DNA of 64,000 nucleotides, taken from contig OX638351.1 in assembly GCA_951813565.1 (NCBI GenBank), positions 2,496,001-2,560,000 on the forward strand. Direction: 5' to 3'. The notes under the pieces were generated by a model that saw only the letters and a program-made list of their open reading frames with translations, ran no database searches and was not told the origin of the DNA. The stretch is from an uncultured Poribacteria bacterium. GTDB lineage: Bacteria > Poribacteria > WGA-4E > WGA-3G. This document shows positions 49,388-59,868 of the stretch, piece after piece. How positions within the stretch are numbered: the stretch's first letter is position 1; the number at the start of each line of letters is the position of its first letter. A program made the translations under genes and the position numbers.

Positions 49388-50068
49388 ATGCAGTATCAAA
49401 ATCTCCATTCTTGGAATGTCACCTCAGAACACGCAAAACATCTTCAAAATAAGTTACGTACTCAGGTAAGCAAGACAGACCAGTTTGGGACAATCAAAAC
49501 GGTCGCCGGTGTTGATATTGGACTCAAAAACAACATTGCTCTTGCATCAGTGGTAGTTCTCAACTTTCCTGATTTGCAAGTAGTAGATGGTGTAGTTGCT
49601 GAAAGTCGTGTCAATTTCCCGTATATACCGGGATACTTATCATTTCGCGAAATACCACCACTTCTGGTGGCTTTTACACGTTTACATACAGAGCCGGACC
49701 TTGTGATAGTAGATGGTCAAGGCATAGCACATCCGAGGCGATTCGGACTCGCATCGCACTTAGGATTGATTTTGGATAAACCAACAATTGGATGTGCCAA
49801 GTCTCGTTTATGCGGACAATATGCTGAACCGGACACGAAAAAAGGAGCCTATACACACCTTTTAGATAAAGATGAGATCATTGGGATTGCACTCCGAACG
49901 CGTACAAATGTTAGTGTTGTTTATGTATCAATCGGACACCGTATTTCACTTGATTCGGCACGGATGCTAACATTGGCATGTTGTAAGGGGTATCGTTTAC
50001 CAGAGACCACCCGATATGCTCATAAAGCCGCATCCGGTAAAATACCTGATGGTGTAACATTTGTTTAG
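49388..50068 (+). CDS. nfi: Endonuclease V
   Basis: AGVD, FPYIPGYLSFRE, VDGQGIAHPRRFGLASH, GCAKS, RLPETTR. Confidence 0.96.
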   Translation: MQYQNLHSWNVTSEHAKHLQNKLRTQVSKTDQFGTIKTVAGVDIGLKNNIALASVVVLNFPDLQVVDGVVAESRVNFPYIPGYLSFREIPPLLVAFTRLHTEPDLVIVDGQGIAHPRRFGLASHLGLILDKPTIGCAKSRLCGQYAEPDTKKGAYTHLLDKDEIIGIALRTRTNVSVVYVSIGHRISLDSARMLTLACCKGYRLPETTRYAHKAASGKIPDGVTFV

Positions 50069-50188
50069 GAGGATAAATAAAATATCTAAACAAATGCGTC
50101 GAGTATACTAAAATACAAAAAATAAAAACATAACATACAGAACGCTTGTCCAAGCACTTTAACACTTAAACCCAAATCCCGTAAAATC

Positions 50189-50989
50189 ATGGACGATAGC
50201 AACCCGCTACATTGGTCGTTTGACTACAATCATGGTTCGCAAAACCCTGAATTCGCGCAGGAATTAATTAAATTGCTACATGGGTATGACTCCGAATCCG
50301 TAACTCATCATACAGGGGCGGAAAAACGTTATACTAAACATGTTTATCAGATATTACCGAATTTCTGGCGTGGCTATAAGAGAAGAGATAATCAGGGTAA
50401 AGCATTAAATATCGGAATGGTTATCATTGAACGCCAGAAAGACAACAATGATATTTGGAACTATAATGTCCGATACCAAAATACTACGAGCGGTGAAGAT
50501 TTACAGTTTGAATTCCATTGTCAAGATGAATGCTACCGCCCCCTCCGTGATAGTTGGCACGTTGCTGCTCAAAATAGTTGTAGTGACAGATATTCCAGAT
50601 TGAAGTGGGATGGACATCTCATTCCAGATGCGGAGGTTCGGCTTCGTATTAACGGCACTGAAATTACTGCGGGAACAGTGGACAATTCCCTCCCGCTGAC
50701 GTGTAATTGGGCACTTTTTGATGTTATTCCAGCACTTGCTGAAAAGATGAAAGATTCAGGCGATAATGTAGATATTGCCCTACTTGAAGACCTTGAACAA
50801 TTCAGACCAAAATGCAAACTCGGTTTTCTTGATTCAGTCCAATCCCCGATTCAGCTTGATGGGTATTACCTTTACGGTACAGGTGTTTTGCCATCGTATT
50901 GGTGGGTTGGTGTAAATGGGGACATCGTTATTGTTTCAAGTGTTTTTGAGACGTTGGTGCTTAAAAAGAAAGTGGGAGACACCTCATGA
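50189..50989 (+). CDS. Hypothetical protein
   Basis: 266-aa ORF coupled by ATGA overlap to the sulfatase. Confidence 0.7.
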   Translation: MDDSNPLHWSFDYNHGSQNPEFAQELIKLLHGYDSESVTHHTGAEKRYTKHVYQILPNFWRGYKRRDNQGKALNIGMVIIERQKDNNDIWNYNVRYQNTTSGEDLQFEFHCQDECYRPLRDSWHVAAQNSCSDRYSRLKWDGHLIPDAEVRLRINGTEITAGTVDNSLPLTCNWALFDVIPALAEKMKDSGDNVDIALLEDLEQFRPKCKLGFLDSVQSPIQLDGYYLYGTGVLPSYWWVGVNGDIVIVSSVFETLVLKKKVGDTS

Positions 50990-52416
50990 GCAAACGCCCC
51001 AATATCCTCTTCATTAACACTGACCAACACTCCTGGAACGCCATATCGGCTTACGGAAATCCGTATCTCCACACGCCTAATATTGACTTGCTTCATCAAA
51101 ATGGAACCTCTTTCAAAAAATCTTACTGCACTGATCCTGTGTGCGCTGCTGCCCGATCCAGTTGGGCAACGGGGTTATACACATCTGAAACAGGTGTGCC
51201 TTTCAATGGTGGACAACTTCACACAGAAATTCCTGATATTGGGTTGGTTCTTAAGACTGGAAGCTATAAGGTATTCCATTGCGGAAAGTGGCATGTTCCC
51301 GGTAGAAATGTACGGGAAAGTTTTGAGGCACTTTATTACGGAGGGCACAATATAGGTGCAGGTGGTGCTGCATATTATGATTCAGCATCTACGCATGCGG
51401 TAGCAGATTTTTTAACGAATTACGATGGTAATGAGCCGTTTTATCTGCAAATCGGTTACGTTGATCCGCATGATGTGTGCGAATATCTACACAATCATGA
51501 GGAAAAACATATTCCAAATCCTGTGGAGCAGGGCATTCTGACAGAAGATGAATTGCCGCCGCTCCCAGAAAACTTTGACTATGATGAACGTGAAACCGTA
51601 TTACATCGCGTCTGTAGGAGGGTTGACGATGCGCTAATCCATGCACGTATCCTAAAAGCGGTTCGGAATTGGGACGCACTTCACTGGCGTTATTTGCGGT
51701 GGAATTACTACAGATTTATTGAAAAAGTTGATGCTGAGATTGGACGGGTACTTTCTCTGCTAAAGCAAACATCTTTCTGCGAAAACACGTTGATTATCTT
51801 TAGTGCCGACCACGGTGAAGCGTGTGGTAGCCATCAGATGTTCCAAAAGTTTTCGCTTTATGAGGAGAGTGTGCGAGTTCCGTTCATCATTTCGTGCTTA
51901 GGAGATGAGATTTTTGTAGAAAAAGACCGATTTGACGACACGCATTTCGTCTGTGGTGTAGACCTATTCCCTACCATCTGTGATTACGCGGGTGTTGATC
52001 AACCTGAAGATGTCCAAGGTATGAGTCTTCGTCCACTTGCAGAGGGCAAAGATGTATCTTGGCGGGAATATGCTTACATAGAAAGTAATTATTGGGGACG
52101 CGCGATTATCACTAAAGAATATAAATACGTTACAGAATATAAACCAAAAACGGTGGAGGATTTTGTGCCACCCGGACCAGATACTGAGCAGCTTGGACTT
52201 GCGCAATTGTTCGATAGACACAACGATCCGTGGGAGACGGAAAACCTCGTTGATGCTCCAGAATATCAAGAAGTTGTTAAGACGTGTCGAGAAAGACTCC
52301 TCGCGCAAGAAAGTCAACTTAATAGACAACAGATTGTTCACCAAAGCCCGCAAAAAATTATATCAACTTGGGGCAAACGTTTGCAGGAATATTGGGAACA
52401 TGGTAAAATAAAATAA
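50986..52416 (+). CDS. Sulfatase
   Basis: [35 protein letters not shown]. Confidence 0.92.
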   Translation: MSKRPNILFINTDQHSWNAISAYGNPYLHTPNIDLLHQNGTSFKKSYCTDPVCAAARSSWATGLYTSETGVPFNGGQLHTEIPDIGLVLKTGSYKVFHCGKWHVPGRNVRESFEALYYGGHNIGAGGAAYYDSASTHAVADFLTNYDGNEPFYLQIGYVDPHDVCEYLHNHEEKHIPNPVEQGILTEDELPPLPENFDYDERETVLHRVCRRVDDALIHARILKAVRNWDALHWRYLRWNYYRFIEKVDAEIGRVLSLLKQTSFCENTLIIFSADHGEACGSHQMFQKFSLYEESVRVPFIISCLGDEIFVEKDRFDDTHFVCGVDLFPTICDYAGVDQPEDVQGMSLRPLAEGKDVSWREYAYIESNYWGRAIITKEYKYVTEYKPKTVEDFVPPGPDTEQLGLAQLFDRHNDPWETENLVDAPEYQEVVKTCRERLLAQESQLNRQQIVHQSPQKIISTWGKRLQEYWEHGKIK

Positions 52417-52436
52417 TAAATCAGGACTCAAAAAAG

Positions 52437-53612
52437 ATGGCTATATATTCAAAACGCTTAAACCGGCTACCGCCATACATGTTCGGCAAACTCAAACAGT
52501 TGACGCATGAACGGCGGCAACAAGGAATAGATATTATTGATTTGGGGATGGGAAATCCAAATCAACCGACCCCACAACCCATTATTGATAAACTAACAGA
52601 AGCGGCGCAAGAACTCCGAAACCACCGTTATTCCGCATCTCGTGGTATCTACAATTTGCGGAGAGAAGTTAGTTGGCACTATGAACGCCGATTCGGTGTA
52701 GACATTGATCCGAATGAGGAAGCTATTGCTGTCATTGGAACTAAAGAAGGGCTTGGACATCTCGCTTTAGCCCTGCTTGACGACGGTGATTTAGCGATGG
52801 TGCCCAACCCAACATTCCCTATTCACATGTATAGCGTTGTTCTTGCAGGTGGAAGCGTCGTTAGCATTCCGCTCTCTGAGGAAAACGATTTCGTTCCTTC
52901 TCTTGCAGAAATTACACGTGATATATGGCCGAGACCGAAGGTGTTGATATTGAGTTTCCCACACAATCCGACCGGTGCAGTGGTAGGGTTAGATTTCTTT
53001 GAAGAAGTAGTCCAGTTTGCTAAACAACAAGATATACTGGTAATTCACGATCTGGCTTATGCGGATATCGTTTTTGACGGATATAAAGCACCAAGTTTCT
53101 TGCAGGCAAAAGGCGCGAAAGATGTTGGCGTTGAATTTATATCCCTCTCCAAATCGTATAACATGGCTGGATGGCGATGTGGGTTTGCTGCCGGAAACCG
53201 TGATATTATTGAGGCACTTGCCCGAATTAAAGGATATTACGATTACGGAATTTTTCCACCTATTCAGATTGCTGCAATTATGGCACTGCGGACACCTGAA
53301 GATGTGGTTATGGAAAATGCAGACGTTTATTGGAAACGCCGCGATGTGCTTGTTGACGGGTTAAACCGAATCGGTTGGAAAGTGTCAAAACCACAAGCCT
53401 CAATGTTTGTCTGGGCACCGATCCCGGAAGCATGGAAACATCTCAATTCTTTGGACTTTTCAATGAAACTTCTGAATGAAGCAGAGGTTTGTGTATCTCC
53501 GGGTGCTGGGTTTGGACACAACGGTGAAGGTTATATCCGCATCGCTCTTGTGGAAAATGAGGATCGGATTCGTCAGGCGGTGCGCCAAATTCGGAAGGCG
53601 TTGTTCAACTGA
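52437..53612 (+). CDS. Class I/II aminotransferase (AlaC/DapL-like)
   Basis: [35 protein letters not shown]. Confidence 0.92.
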   Translation: MAIYSKRLNRLPPYMFGKLKQLTHERRQQGIDIIDLGMGNPNQPTPQPIIDKLTEAAQELRNHRYSASRGIYNLRREVSWHYERRFGVDIDPNEEAIAVIGTKEGLGHLALALLDDGDLAMVPNPTFPIHMYSVVLAGGSVVSIPLSEENDFVPSLAEITRDIWPRPKVLILSFPHNPTGAVVGLDFFEEVVQFAKQQDILVIHDLAYADIVFDGYKAPSFLQAKGAKDVGVEFISLSKSYNMAGWRCGFAAGNRDIIEALARIKGYYDYGIFPPIQIAAIMALRTPEDVVMENADVYWKRRDVLVDGLNRIGWKVSKPQASMFVWAPIPEAWKHLNSLDFSMKLLNEAEVCVSPGAGFGHNGEGYIRIALVENEDRIRQAVRQIRKALFN

Positions 53613-53875
53613 AAAGTCATATAAACATTATGATAATCCGTTAGCATGAAAAATCAATTTGACTTTTTTCTGGAATTTCGTATACTTAGACTTATATGTT
53701 TATTGGTAAATAAAAAGGACTCACTGTTGGAAAGATTTACGTTTCGTTCCGCGATAAATCAATCAGTTAAAATCTTTTTGTCGAATAACTGTGAGTTCTC
53801 CACCCGGCTAAATAGGCTTTAGAAACGTTTTTGCCTATTTGCTCATTTATATTCATTTATAGGAGAAGTTTGCTA

Positions 53876-54334
53876 ATGAAAGGTAAAATTCTTGATTTTT
53901 CTATCCAGTCTAACTCTGGTGCGATATCAGGTGAAGACGGCGAGCGATACAATTTTGATGGTGCCGATTGGAGCGGAGATTCGCCTCCTACTCGTGGCAT
54001 GTCTGTTGATTTTTCCATTGAAGACAATCAAGCCAAGGAAATATACCTTGCTGTTGGGGGTGCTACCGCTTCAGGAAAGAACAAAACAGCCGCTGGGCTC
54101 CTTGCTATTTTTCTTGGACACTGGGGGATTCATAAATTCTATCTTGGTTATACGGTTCCTGGAATTATTTTTCTGCTCATTAATACCGTCGGCTGGGTTA
54201 TAACGATTTGGTTCCTTGGGATTCCGAATATCATTCTCGGCATAATTGTCGTTATTGAGGGAATCATATACTTGACGAAGTCCGATGAAGAGTTTGAACA
54301 AACTTACGTCATTGGGAAGAAACAAATGTTCTGA
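53876..54334 (+). CDS. TM2 domain protein with N-terminal OB/cold-shock-like domain
   Basis: MKGKILDF...GEDGERYNF; AGLLAIFLGHWGIHKFYLG; IEGIIYL. Confidence 0.85.
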   Translation: MKGKILDFSIQSNSGAISGEDGERYNFDGADWSGDSPPTRGMSVDFSIEDNQAKEIYLAVGGATASGKNKTAAGLLAIFLGHWGIHKFYLGYTVPGIIFLLINTVGWVITIWFLGIPNIILGIIVVIEGIIYLTKSDEEFEQTYVIGKKQMF

Positions 54335-54486
54335 TATATACAACAACTGTCAGAAAGCACTCTAATGAAATAACTGTTTTTCGGTGCTAATTGTGAATGT
54401 TACCGCTTGATTCACTTCAAAGGCAAGTGATCGTTATTGATAGGCACGGTTTGTTACCGTGCCTATCGTTGAAATATCCTGCTTCT

Positions 54487-55389
54487 CTATTCCAATCCCC
54501 ACTGCTTTTTTGCTTCCTCAAATGAAATCTTCTGACCGCCTGTGTGTGATATAGGATTTTTACCGACCCACCGCTCATCAATCGGATGTTCCGCGGGCTG
54601 GAACCGAATGTCACAACTGATACGCCACCGATCTGAGAGATTTTTGGTAGACGTATGCATGGTGTGCATGGTAAAGACGATCACATCGCCCATCTCAAAA
54701 TCTGCTGTCTGCCATTCCCCGCCGTACTTTTCACTGATCTCCATGGGGTCGCGTCCGAAATGCCCTGGGGTGCCATCTTTATCCACATCAGTTTTGCCGT
54801 AAGTGTCGCGAATCCGCGCAAAACTATCCAAATTGTGCGAACCGACAAGCACAGTGAGTGTTCCCATCGTTGCAGGTACGTCACCGAACGGAATCCAGCA
54901 CGTGTGCAACTGCTTTGAGCCTCTGCCCATATAGACGAAATCAAAATGTGGTCCAGACCAACCATCAGGACGAACAAATCGGAGCCACTTGTAATCAAAC
55001 GTGCGGGTATCGCCACCAAAAAAGTTTCTGAAAAAGGTAAAGAGTTCATCACCTTCCAAAACGGACTGCACATCAGGATGATGTGTAACCGCAGGCGCAC
55101 CCATAGTACGCCCCGGGCTGCCTTCACCTGCGATTGCCTCCATTATGTCGGTTCCCTCTTTGAAAACGTTGTCCTTCCCGTTTCCTTCAGCGTATTCAAG
55201 GATTGCGCGTCGTGCTGCGATCACCTTGTCCTTGTCAATTAAGCCACGAGCGAGTAGATACCCGTCTTCTGCTATCTGTTGATGCAAACCTTCTGCCGAA
55301 TCCAGCACGGCATTGCAGTCACGCAGCACGCCGAGGTGTGCTCCTGGAAATGTAACTTCGTGATCTCCCACAAAAACGGTTTCAGCCAT
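54487..55389 (-). CDS. Phytanoyl-CoA dioxygenase family protein
   Basis: DGYL, PHFDFVYMGRG, WIPFGD, GDV, SCDIRFQ; SD GGAGG. Confidence 0.88.
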   Translation of the reverse strand: MAETVFVGDHEVTFPGAHLGVLRDCNAVLDSAEGLHQQIAEDGYLLARGLIDKDKVIAARRAILEYAEGNGKDNVFKEGTDIMEAIAGEGSPGRTMGAPAVTHHPDVQSVLEGDELFTFFRNFFGGDTRTFDYKWLRFVRPDGWSGPHFDFVYMGRGSKQLHTCWIPFGDVPATMGTLTVLVGSHNLDSFARIRDTYGKTDVDKDGTPGHFGRDPMEISEKYGGEWQTADFEMGDVIVFTMHTMHTSTKNLSDRWRISCDIRFQPAEHPIDERWVGKNPISHTGGQKISFEEAKKQWGLE

Positions 55390-55444
55390 TATTTTCCTCC
55401 GACATTTATTGTCTCTTGTGTAATACGTTGAATTAGCACTCCCT

Positions 55445-55840
55445 GTCAAACCCCCTGCCTTTAGGTAGGGGATGTAGACAGCTCAGCAGTTTATGTGTCA
55501 AAAAAACCTTGACACTTTCACCAAAATTTGATATATTGTCTTTAGCAGTCGGCATCGGTTCTGATTGATGTGGTGGTAGACCGCTCGGCAGTGAAACAAT
55601 CAGGTAAAAGCCTTGCGATTCAATACTGCTAAAGTTCTTTGTAACATCTATTGCACGTTTAGGGTAGACGCATTGAAAAATGCTCACCCGCTTGAAAAAT
55701 CACGTGTCAAAAATAATAAGTTGCCTTCGGGCAAGTGGCTGGCTTAGCAGCCACTGTGGAGCAGATGTAAGACGCTTCTTCGGAAACGCTAACTGCTACG
55801 AAGCACAAGCCCCTGCCTTTAGGTAGTGGGTCACTATGAC
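55445..55840 (+). mobile_element. Non-autonomous IS200/IS605-type element with internal promoter and structured RNA
   Basis: Direct-orientation end hairpins CCCCTGCCTTTAGGTAG(G/T)GGG at 55452 and 55810; no transposase ORF. Confidence 0.8.
55509..55537 (+). promoter_or_regulatory. Sigma70 promoter inside the mini-element
   Basis: TTGACA-17 nt-TATATT with extended -10 TG. Confidence 0.72.
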
Positions 55841-55991
55841 TGTGCTACTTCCGAATCTTGGATGATATTTATTTTCCATTAGTATTCTAACAAAAGTTGG
55901 CAATTAGTGCAAGAGGATAACCGGAAAATGACATTGACATGATAGCGAACGTATCATAGAATACTGTATAAATACTTTAGGGATATTTGCT

Positions 55992-56864
55992 ATGGAACAT
56001 TATTTAAAAATCCAAAAACCTGAGCTTGGATACACTTACGAGTTTGAAATTGATCAGCTTTCCCAAATGTCTGAATGTTTAGAGGCACATGGGTTTGCAA
56101 TTGTTAAAGACGTGCTGCTTGTTGAGTTAGTTGATAGTTTGAAACAAGCCATTTTTGATGGCACAGACCCAAACAGAGAATTAGAGCAGGGACAAAGTCG
56201 TACCCGACATGCTTGGATTGAATCTGGCAAAGGGGCGTGGCAGCTGCTGGAATATGAACCGTTCATGGAAGTCCATCGGCACCTGATTGGCGCAGATGAA
56301 CTGACCGTACATCGCTCTGCTGCAATCATTCGGATGCCCGGATCGCATCCTGTTGCGTGGCATACCGATTGGTGCGGGTTTTCTATGGATACACCCAAAA
56401 ATTCTGGTGATGTGCTGAACCGAGGAATGTGGCCCTCGGGCAAATGGTTTTACATCACCGGTTCGCGTCCAGAACACGGCGGTTTATGTGTGATTGCAGA
56501 TTCCCATGTGGAAAACTGGGAAGGTCCAGAAGGTTTCAACCTCACAGCAGATAAACGTTCATTTTACAAAATAGGTGGAGAAGAGAAGGCATACACAGGT
56601 TTTGATGTTCCGGGAGTCGTACCACTCTTTACGAACCCCGGTGATATGATTGTGTTTGCGCATCGTACATATCACGCCGCATTCCCGAACCAGATTGATG
56701 AGATAAGGCTATCGTGCGCTATCGGTTTTCGGAGTCAAGATCACCACATTGATATTCCGTGGGAAATACCGGATGTAGGCAAGCAATTTTTAGCGGATTT
56801 ACCGCCGCATCTGCACAAATATACACACGGATACACCAGTATTGATTCGGCTTGGCGGGGATAG
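55992..56864 (+). CDS. Phytanoyl-CoA dioxygenase family protein
   Basis: HGFAIV, WHTD, PGDMIVF, H...R. Confidence 0.85.
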   Translation: MEHYLKIQKPELGYTYEFEIDQLSQMSECLEAHGFAIVKDVLLVELVDSLKQAIFDGTDPNRELEQGQSRTRHAWIESGKGAWQLLEYEPFMEVHRHLIGADELTVHRSAAIIRMPGSHPVAWHTDWCGFSMDTPKNSGDVLNRGMWPSGKWFYITGSRPEHGGLCVIADSHVENWEGPEGFNLTADKRSFYKIGGEEKAYTGFDVPGVVPLFTNPGDMIVFAHRTYHAAFPNQIDEIRLSCAIGFRSQDHHIDIPWEIPDVGKQFLADLPPHLHKYTHGYTSIDSAWRG

Positions 56865-56868
56865 AATC

Positions 56869-57417
56869 TTATTGTATTGGATATGCAGAGAGTTGACGTT
56901 GCACTTCAGGCGGTGCGCCATTCTTGAGCCAAGTGATAGGTTGTTCTTTCGTTGTTCGTTCAGGGTTTACCCAGATAATGTCTCGAATTTCACTAACACG
57001 TTGAGAGACTTGTGCGAAAAGCGTCCGAATAGTTTCATCAAGCGAAATCACAATCTGATCAGTCGCCAGTGCAGCTCCCAAAAGGTGAAAATCTTTTAGC
57101 ATCGCGTTGATGTCTTTTTGTTGGCTTGCTGTCGCTTCAATTTTCTCGTGCAAAGTCCGGTTCTGGGAAAACTCGACATAATGGAATCTCTTTGTGGCAA
57201 TCATGTTTGCTAACCATGCGGCTGCAAAATTCGATTGATGTTCATCCCATTCCTCAGACAACTCCAACGTCATCACAACGTGGTGTGGAGTATTGTCTCG
57301 AAAGGTTTCAAGAAATTCGGTGCAATTAATTGATACAGACGCAGTAGCACCCTCACCACCGGCAGCACGCGCAACAGAGGCATTTACCACGATTCTTTTC
57401 ATACCCCTTGGACGCAT
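56869..57417 (-). CDS. PIN-like domain protein
   Basis: IVVNASVA, KDFHLLGAALATD, ISLDE; start 57417 or 57402. Confidence 0.6.
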   Translation of the reverse strand: MRPRGMKRIVVNASVARAAGGEGATASVSINCTEFLETFRDNTPHHVVMTLELSEEWDEHQSNFAAAWLANMIATKRFHYVEFSQNRTLHEKIEATASQQKDINAMLKDFHLLGAALATDQIVISLDETIRTLFAQVSQRVSEIRDIIWVNPERTTKEQPITWLKNGAPPEVQRQLSAYPIQ

Positions 57418-57418
57418 A

Positions 57419-58738
57419 TTATGTCCCTTCAATGAAACGCGATCGTGATGCCTTTATATAACGGCTCTGTACGTTGAGACTAACATCATTAAAATCTACG
57501 GGCCACTCACCGTAAGTCCCCGCTTCATCTAAATCAACGCTGTCAACCTCGGTAATACCTTCTTTGTTCCGTGAGAACCAGTGTAACTTGACCAAATCCG
57601 GCGAGAGTTTCCCTTCTGCTACGAGCGTTTGAATCCCTAAAAGTAGTAGCGAGCTGTGTGTTTCAGCGACGACGCGCACACCACGTTTCGCTGCATCTGC
57701 TAAGACTTGTGCCAATGCCACTTGTGCATTAGGGTGGAGGTGTAACTCTGGCTGTTCAAGGTATACCAACTGCCCTGGCTCCGCAGCAATAAGTGCAACT
57801 AAAACAGGTAGGACTTGAGATACACCGTAGCCAACATCAGCTATATTAACCATGTCTGTTTCGTCAGTGCTGGTGTGAGGGAGGCGCCCAACTTTGACTT
57901 CAATACCAATGTCTCCGATTCTTTCAGTAGCAACTTTACCAGTCAATTCAAGTGTATGTAGGGCATTTGTAACCGTTTTCAGACGTTCATCTGCCGTTTC
58001 TTGCCATTTGTGAATGACACTTGCCGCGTAGTCTTCAAACGTGCCGGGATACCGAGAACCTATGCTTGTCAGTCCGTAGATGTGTTCAGGAGTGTCGCGT
58101 AATCCTGGAAGATGGATAGTTTTGAGAATATCAGACTCAGGATCACTGATGAGTTTAACAGTAGTATCAAGATTTAAGTGCTTAGAATCACCTTGAGATG
58201 CTAAACGTAAAAAACAGCGTGAACGTTTTACCCTATTTACACCCGCAATTTTAAGAGACCCATATTGATTGACCAATGCCTTGATTTCTTCAGGAGGCAT
58301 ATCAGGAAATAATATAAGATGCTCAGGAAACACTGATGGATCAACTCCTGATTTTCCTTTACTCGTCATTTTAACAATTTCGATCCCCTCCGTCCCTCTT
58401 CTGAAAGTTACTTCAACGATGTGAGAAAAGTTTGATATACTCGTGCCAATCCCAATCTTAAAGCGGTCTGTACTTTTCTTGTCGATCAACGTGGACAAAA
58501 ATTGTGCTGCTTCGGTAAATTGGACATTCGGTCCACCAATTAACAACGGCCCTGGATCATAGGGTGCCTCCAGAGTCTGCTTCAGCAGCAGCAGCGGCTG
58601 CATAATGCTGGATTTCCCTGAACTGTTCGCACCAGCAAGGATCGTTAATGGACGGATGTCAATTTCACACTCCTCCGCTATTGACTTAAAACCCTTTACA
58701 GCTATCTTGGTAATGCCTGAGATATTTTCTTCTGGCAT
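57419..58738 (-). CDS. ABC-type (AAA_15/AAA_21, DUF3696-like) ATPase
   Basis: GFKS, GANSSGKS, DVGYGVSQVLP, YLEQPELHLHP, ETHS. Confidence 0.88.
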   Translation of the reverse strand: MPEENISGITKIAVKGFKSIAEECEIDIRPLTILAGANSSGKSSIMQPLLLLKQTLEAPYDPGPLLIGGPNVQFTEAAQFLSTLIDKKSTDRFKIGIGTSISNFSHIVEVTFRRGTEGIEIVKMTSKGKSGVDPSVFPEHLILFPDMPPEEIKALVNQYGSLKIAGVNRVKRSRCFLRLASQGDSKHLNLDTTVKLISDPESDILKTIHLPGLRDTPEHIYGLTSIGSRYPGTFEDYAASVIHKWQETADERLKTVTNALHTLELTGKVATERIGDIGIEVKVGRLPHTSTDETDMVNIADVGYGVSQVLPVLVALIAAEPGQLVYLEQPELHLHPNAQVALAQVLADAAKRGVRVVAETHSSLLLLGIQTLVAEGKLSPDLVKLHWFSRNKEGITEVDSVDLDEAGTYGEWPVDFNDVSLNVQSRYIKASRSRFIEGT

Positions 58739-58751
58739 GTGTGTTCTACTC

Positions 58752-59741
58752 CTAAGAAATACCGTTGTTTAATTGAGGTGGATGCAACACACCATAAGGC
58801 AACCTTTCACCCTTCAACCCAGCAAGTAAATTCTCCATTGCCATCGTTGCCATTTTCATACGGGTTTGAATTGTGGCACTACCGAGATGCGGTGCTATGA
58901 GTAAGTTATCTAAATCAAGGAGTGGATGGTCGGTGTTAATCGGTTCGGGTTCAGTTACGTCCAGCGCAGCACCCGCAATCTGTCCTTCCGTGAGTGCTTT
59001 ATACAATGCATCGTGATCAACAACAGGACCTCGGGCGATATTGACGAGGATAGCAGTAGGTTTCATCAATTCAAACTCAGCTTTTCCAATCATGTGAGCA
59101 GTCTCTTCTGTCAAAGGAACATGGAGCGTAACAAAATCGGAAACTTTGAGCAGATGTTCCAGTTCAACGTATTCAATTCCGAGTTCCGCTTCCCAATCGG
59201 GTCTACGTTCACGTTTGTAATATAGCACGTTCATGTCAAATGCCACAGCGCGTTTGGCAACAGCATACCCGATACGCCCCATACCTACAATCCCTATTGT
59301 CGCGTGATGTACATCATATCCCCAAAGAATGTTCGGGTCGTAGTAGTGCCACTGCTTGTCAACCTGAACGTGGTTATAGGCTGGTACAACATTTCTTGCA
59401 GCAGCAAGCAAGAGTGCCCATGTCATATCAGCAGTGGTATCGCTGAGCACACCGGGAGTATGTCCAAGCGCAATGCCACGTTCTCTGGCTGCATCTTCAT
59501 CAACATGATCATAGCCAACACCGACAACAGAGACAACCTTGAGATTGGGCGCAGTGTCAAACATCACATCAGTGACCGGTTCATGTCCGTAAGTCATCAA
59601 TCCGTCAAGCGGAGGAATCTTTTCAGCGATAGGCGGTAGAATAGCACTTGTGTGCCACATGTCAACGTCACATTCCGCTTGTATTTGGACGAGAACAGGT
59701 TCGGGAATAGGGCGAGTGATAAAGATTTTTGGGGGTGCCAT
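58752..59741 (-). CDS. D-isomer 2-hydroxyacid dehydrogenase (glyoxylate reductase-like)
   Basis: VGYDHVD, GIVGMGRIG, NIARG, LDVTEPEP, PHLGSAT. Confidence 0.92.
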   Translation of the reverse strand: MAPPKIFITRPIPEPVLVQIQAECDVDMWHTSAILPPIAEKIPPLDGLMTYGHEPVTDVMFDTAPNLKVVSVVGVGYDHVDEDAARERGIALGHTPGVLSDTTADMTWALLLAAARNVVPAYNHVQVDKQWHYYDPNILWGYDVHHATIGIVGMGRIGYAVAKRAVAFDMNVLYYKRERRPDWEAELGIEYVELEHLLKVSDFVTLHVPLTEETAHMIGKAEFELMKPTAILVNIARGPVVDHDALYKALTEGQIAGAALDVTEPEPINTDHPLLDLDNLLIAPHLGSATIQTRMKMATMAMENLLAGLKGERLPYGVLHPPQLNNGIS

Positions 59742-59780
59742 GGAATTCCTCGTAGGTTAGGATTTTTGGATTAAAATTAC

Positions 59781-59850
59781 AACTGCAAGGCACAAGGGCC
59801 TCACGCTACATTTATTGGGAAATTGCGAGGCATAGAGACCTCACACTACG
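59781..59850 (-). repeat. Two tandem REP-like palindromes, 40-bp period
   Basis: TGCAAGGCACAAGGGCCTCACGCTAC and TGCGAGGCATAGAGACCTCACACTAC. Confidence 0.65.
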
Positions 59851-59868
59851 ATATGGAAAACTGTATGG

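Noticed and set aside
55432..55849. CIRCE element split by the insertion; hammerhead ribozyme or group I intron inside it
   Set aside because: Spacing and right arm do not fit CIRCE; CTGATTGA is paired and not a canonical core; no group I core motifs seen
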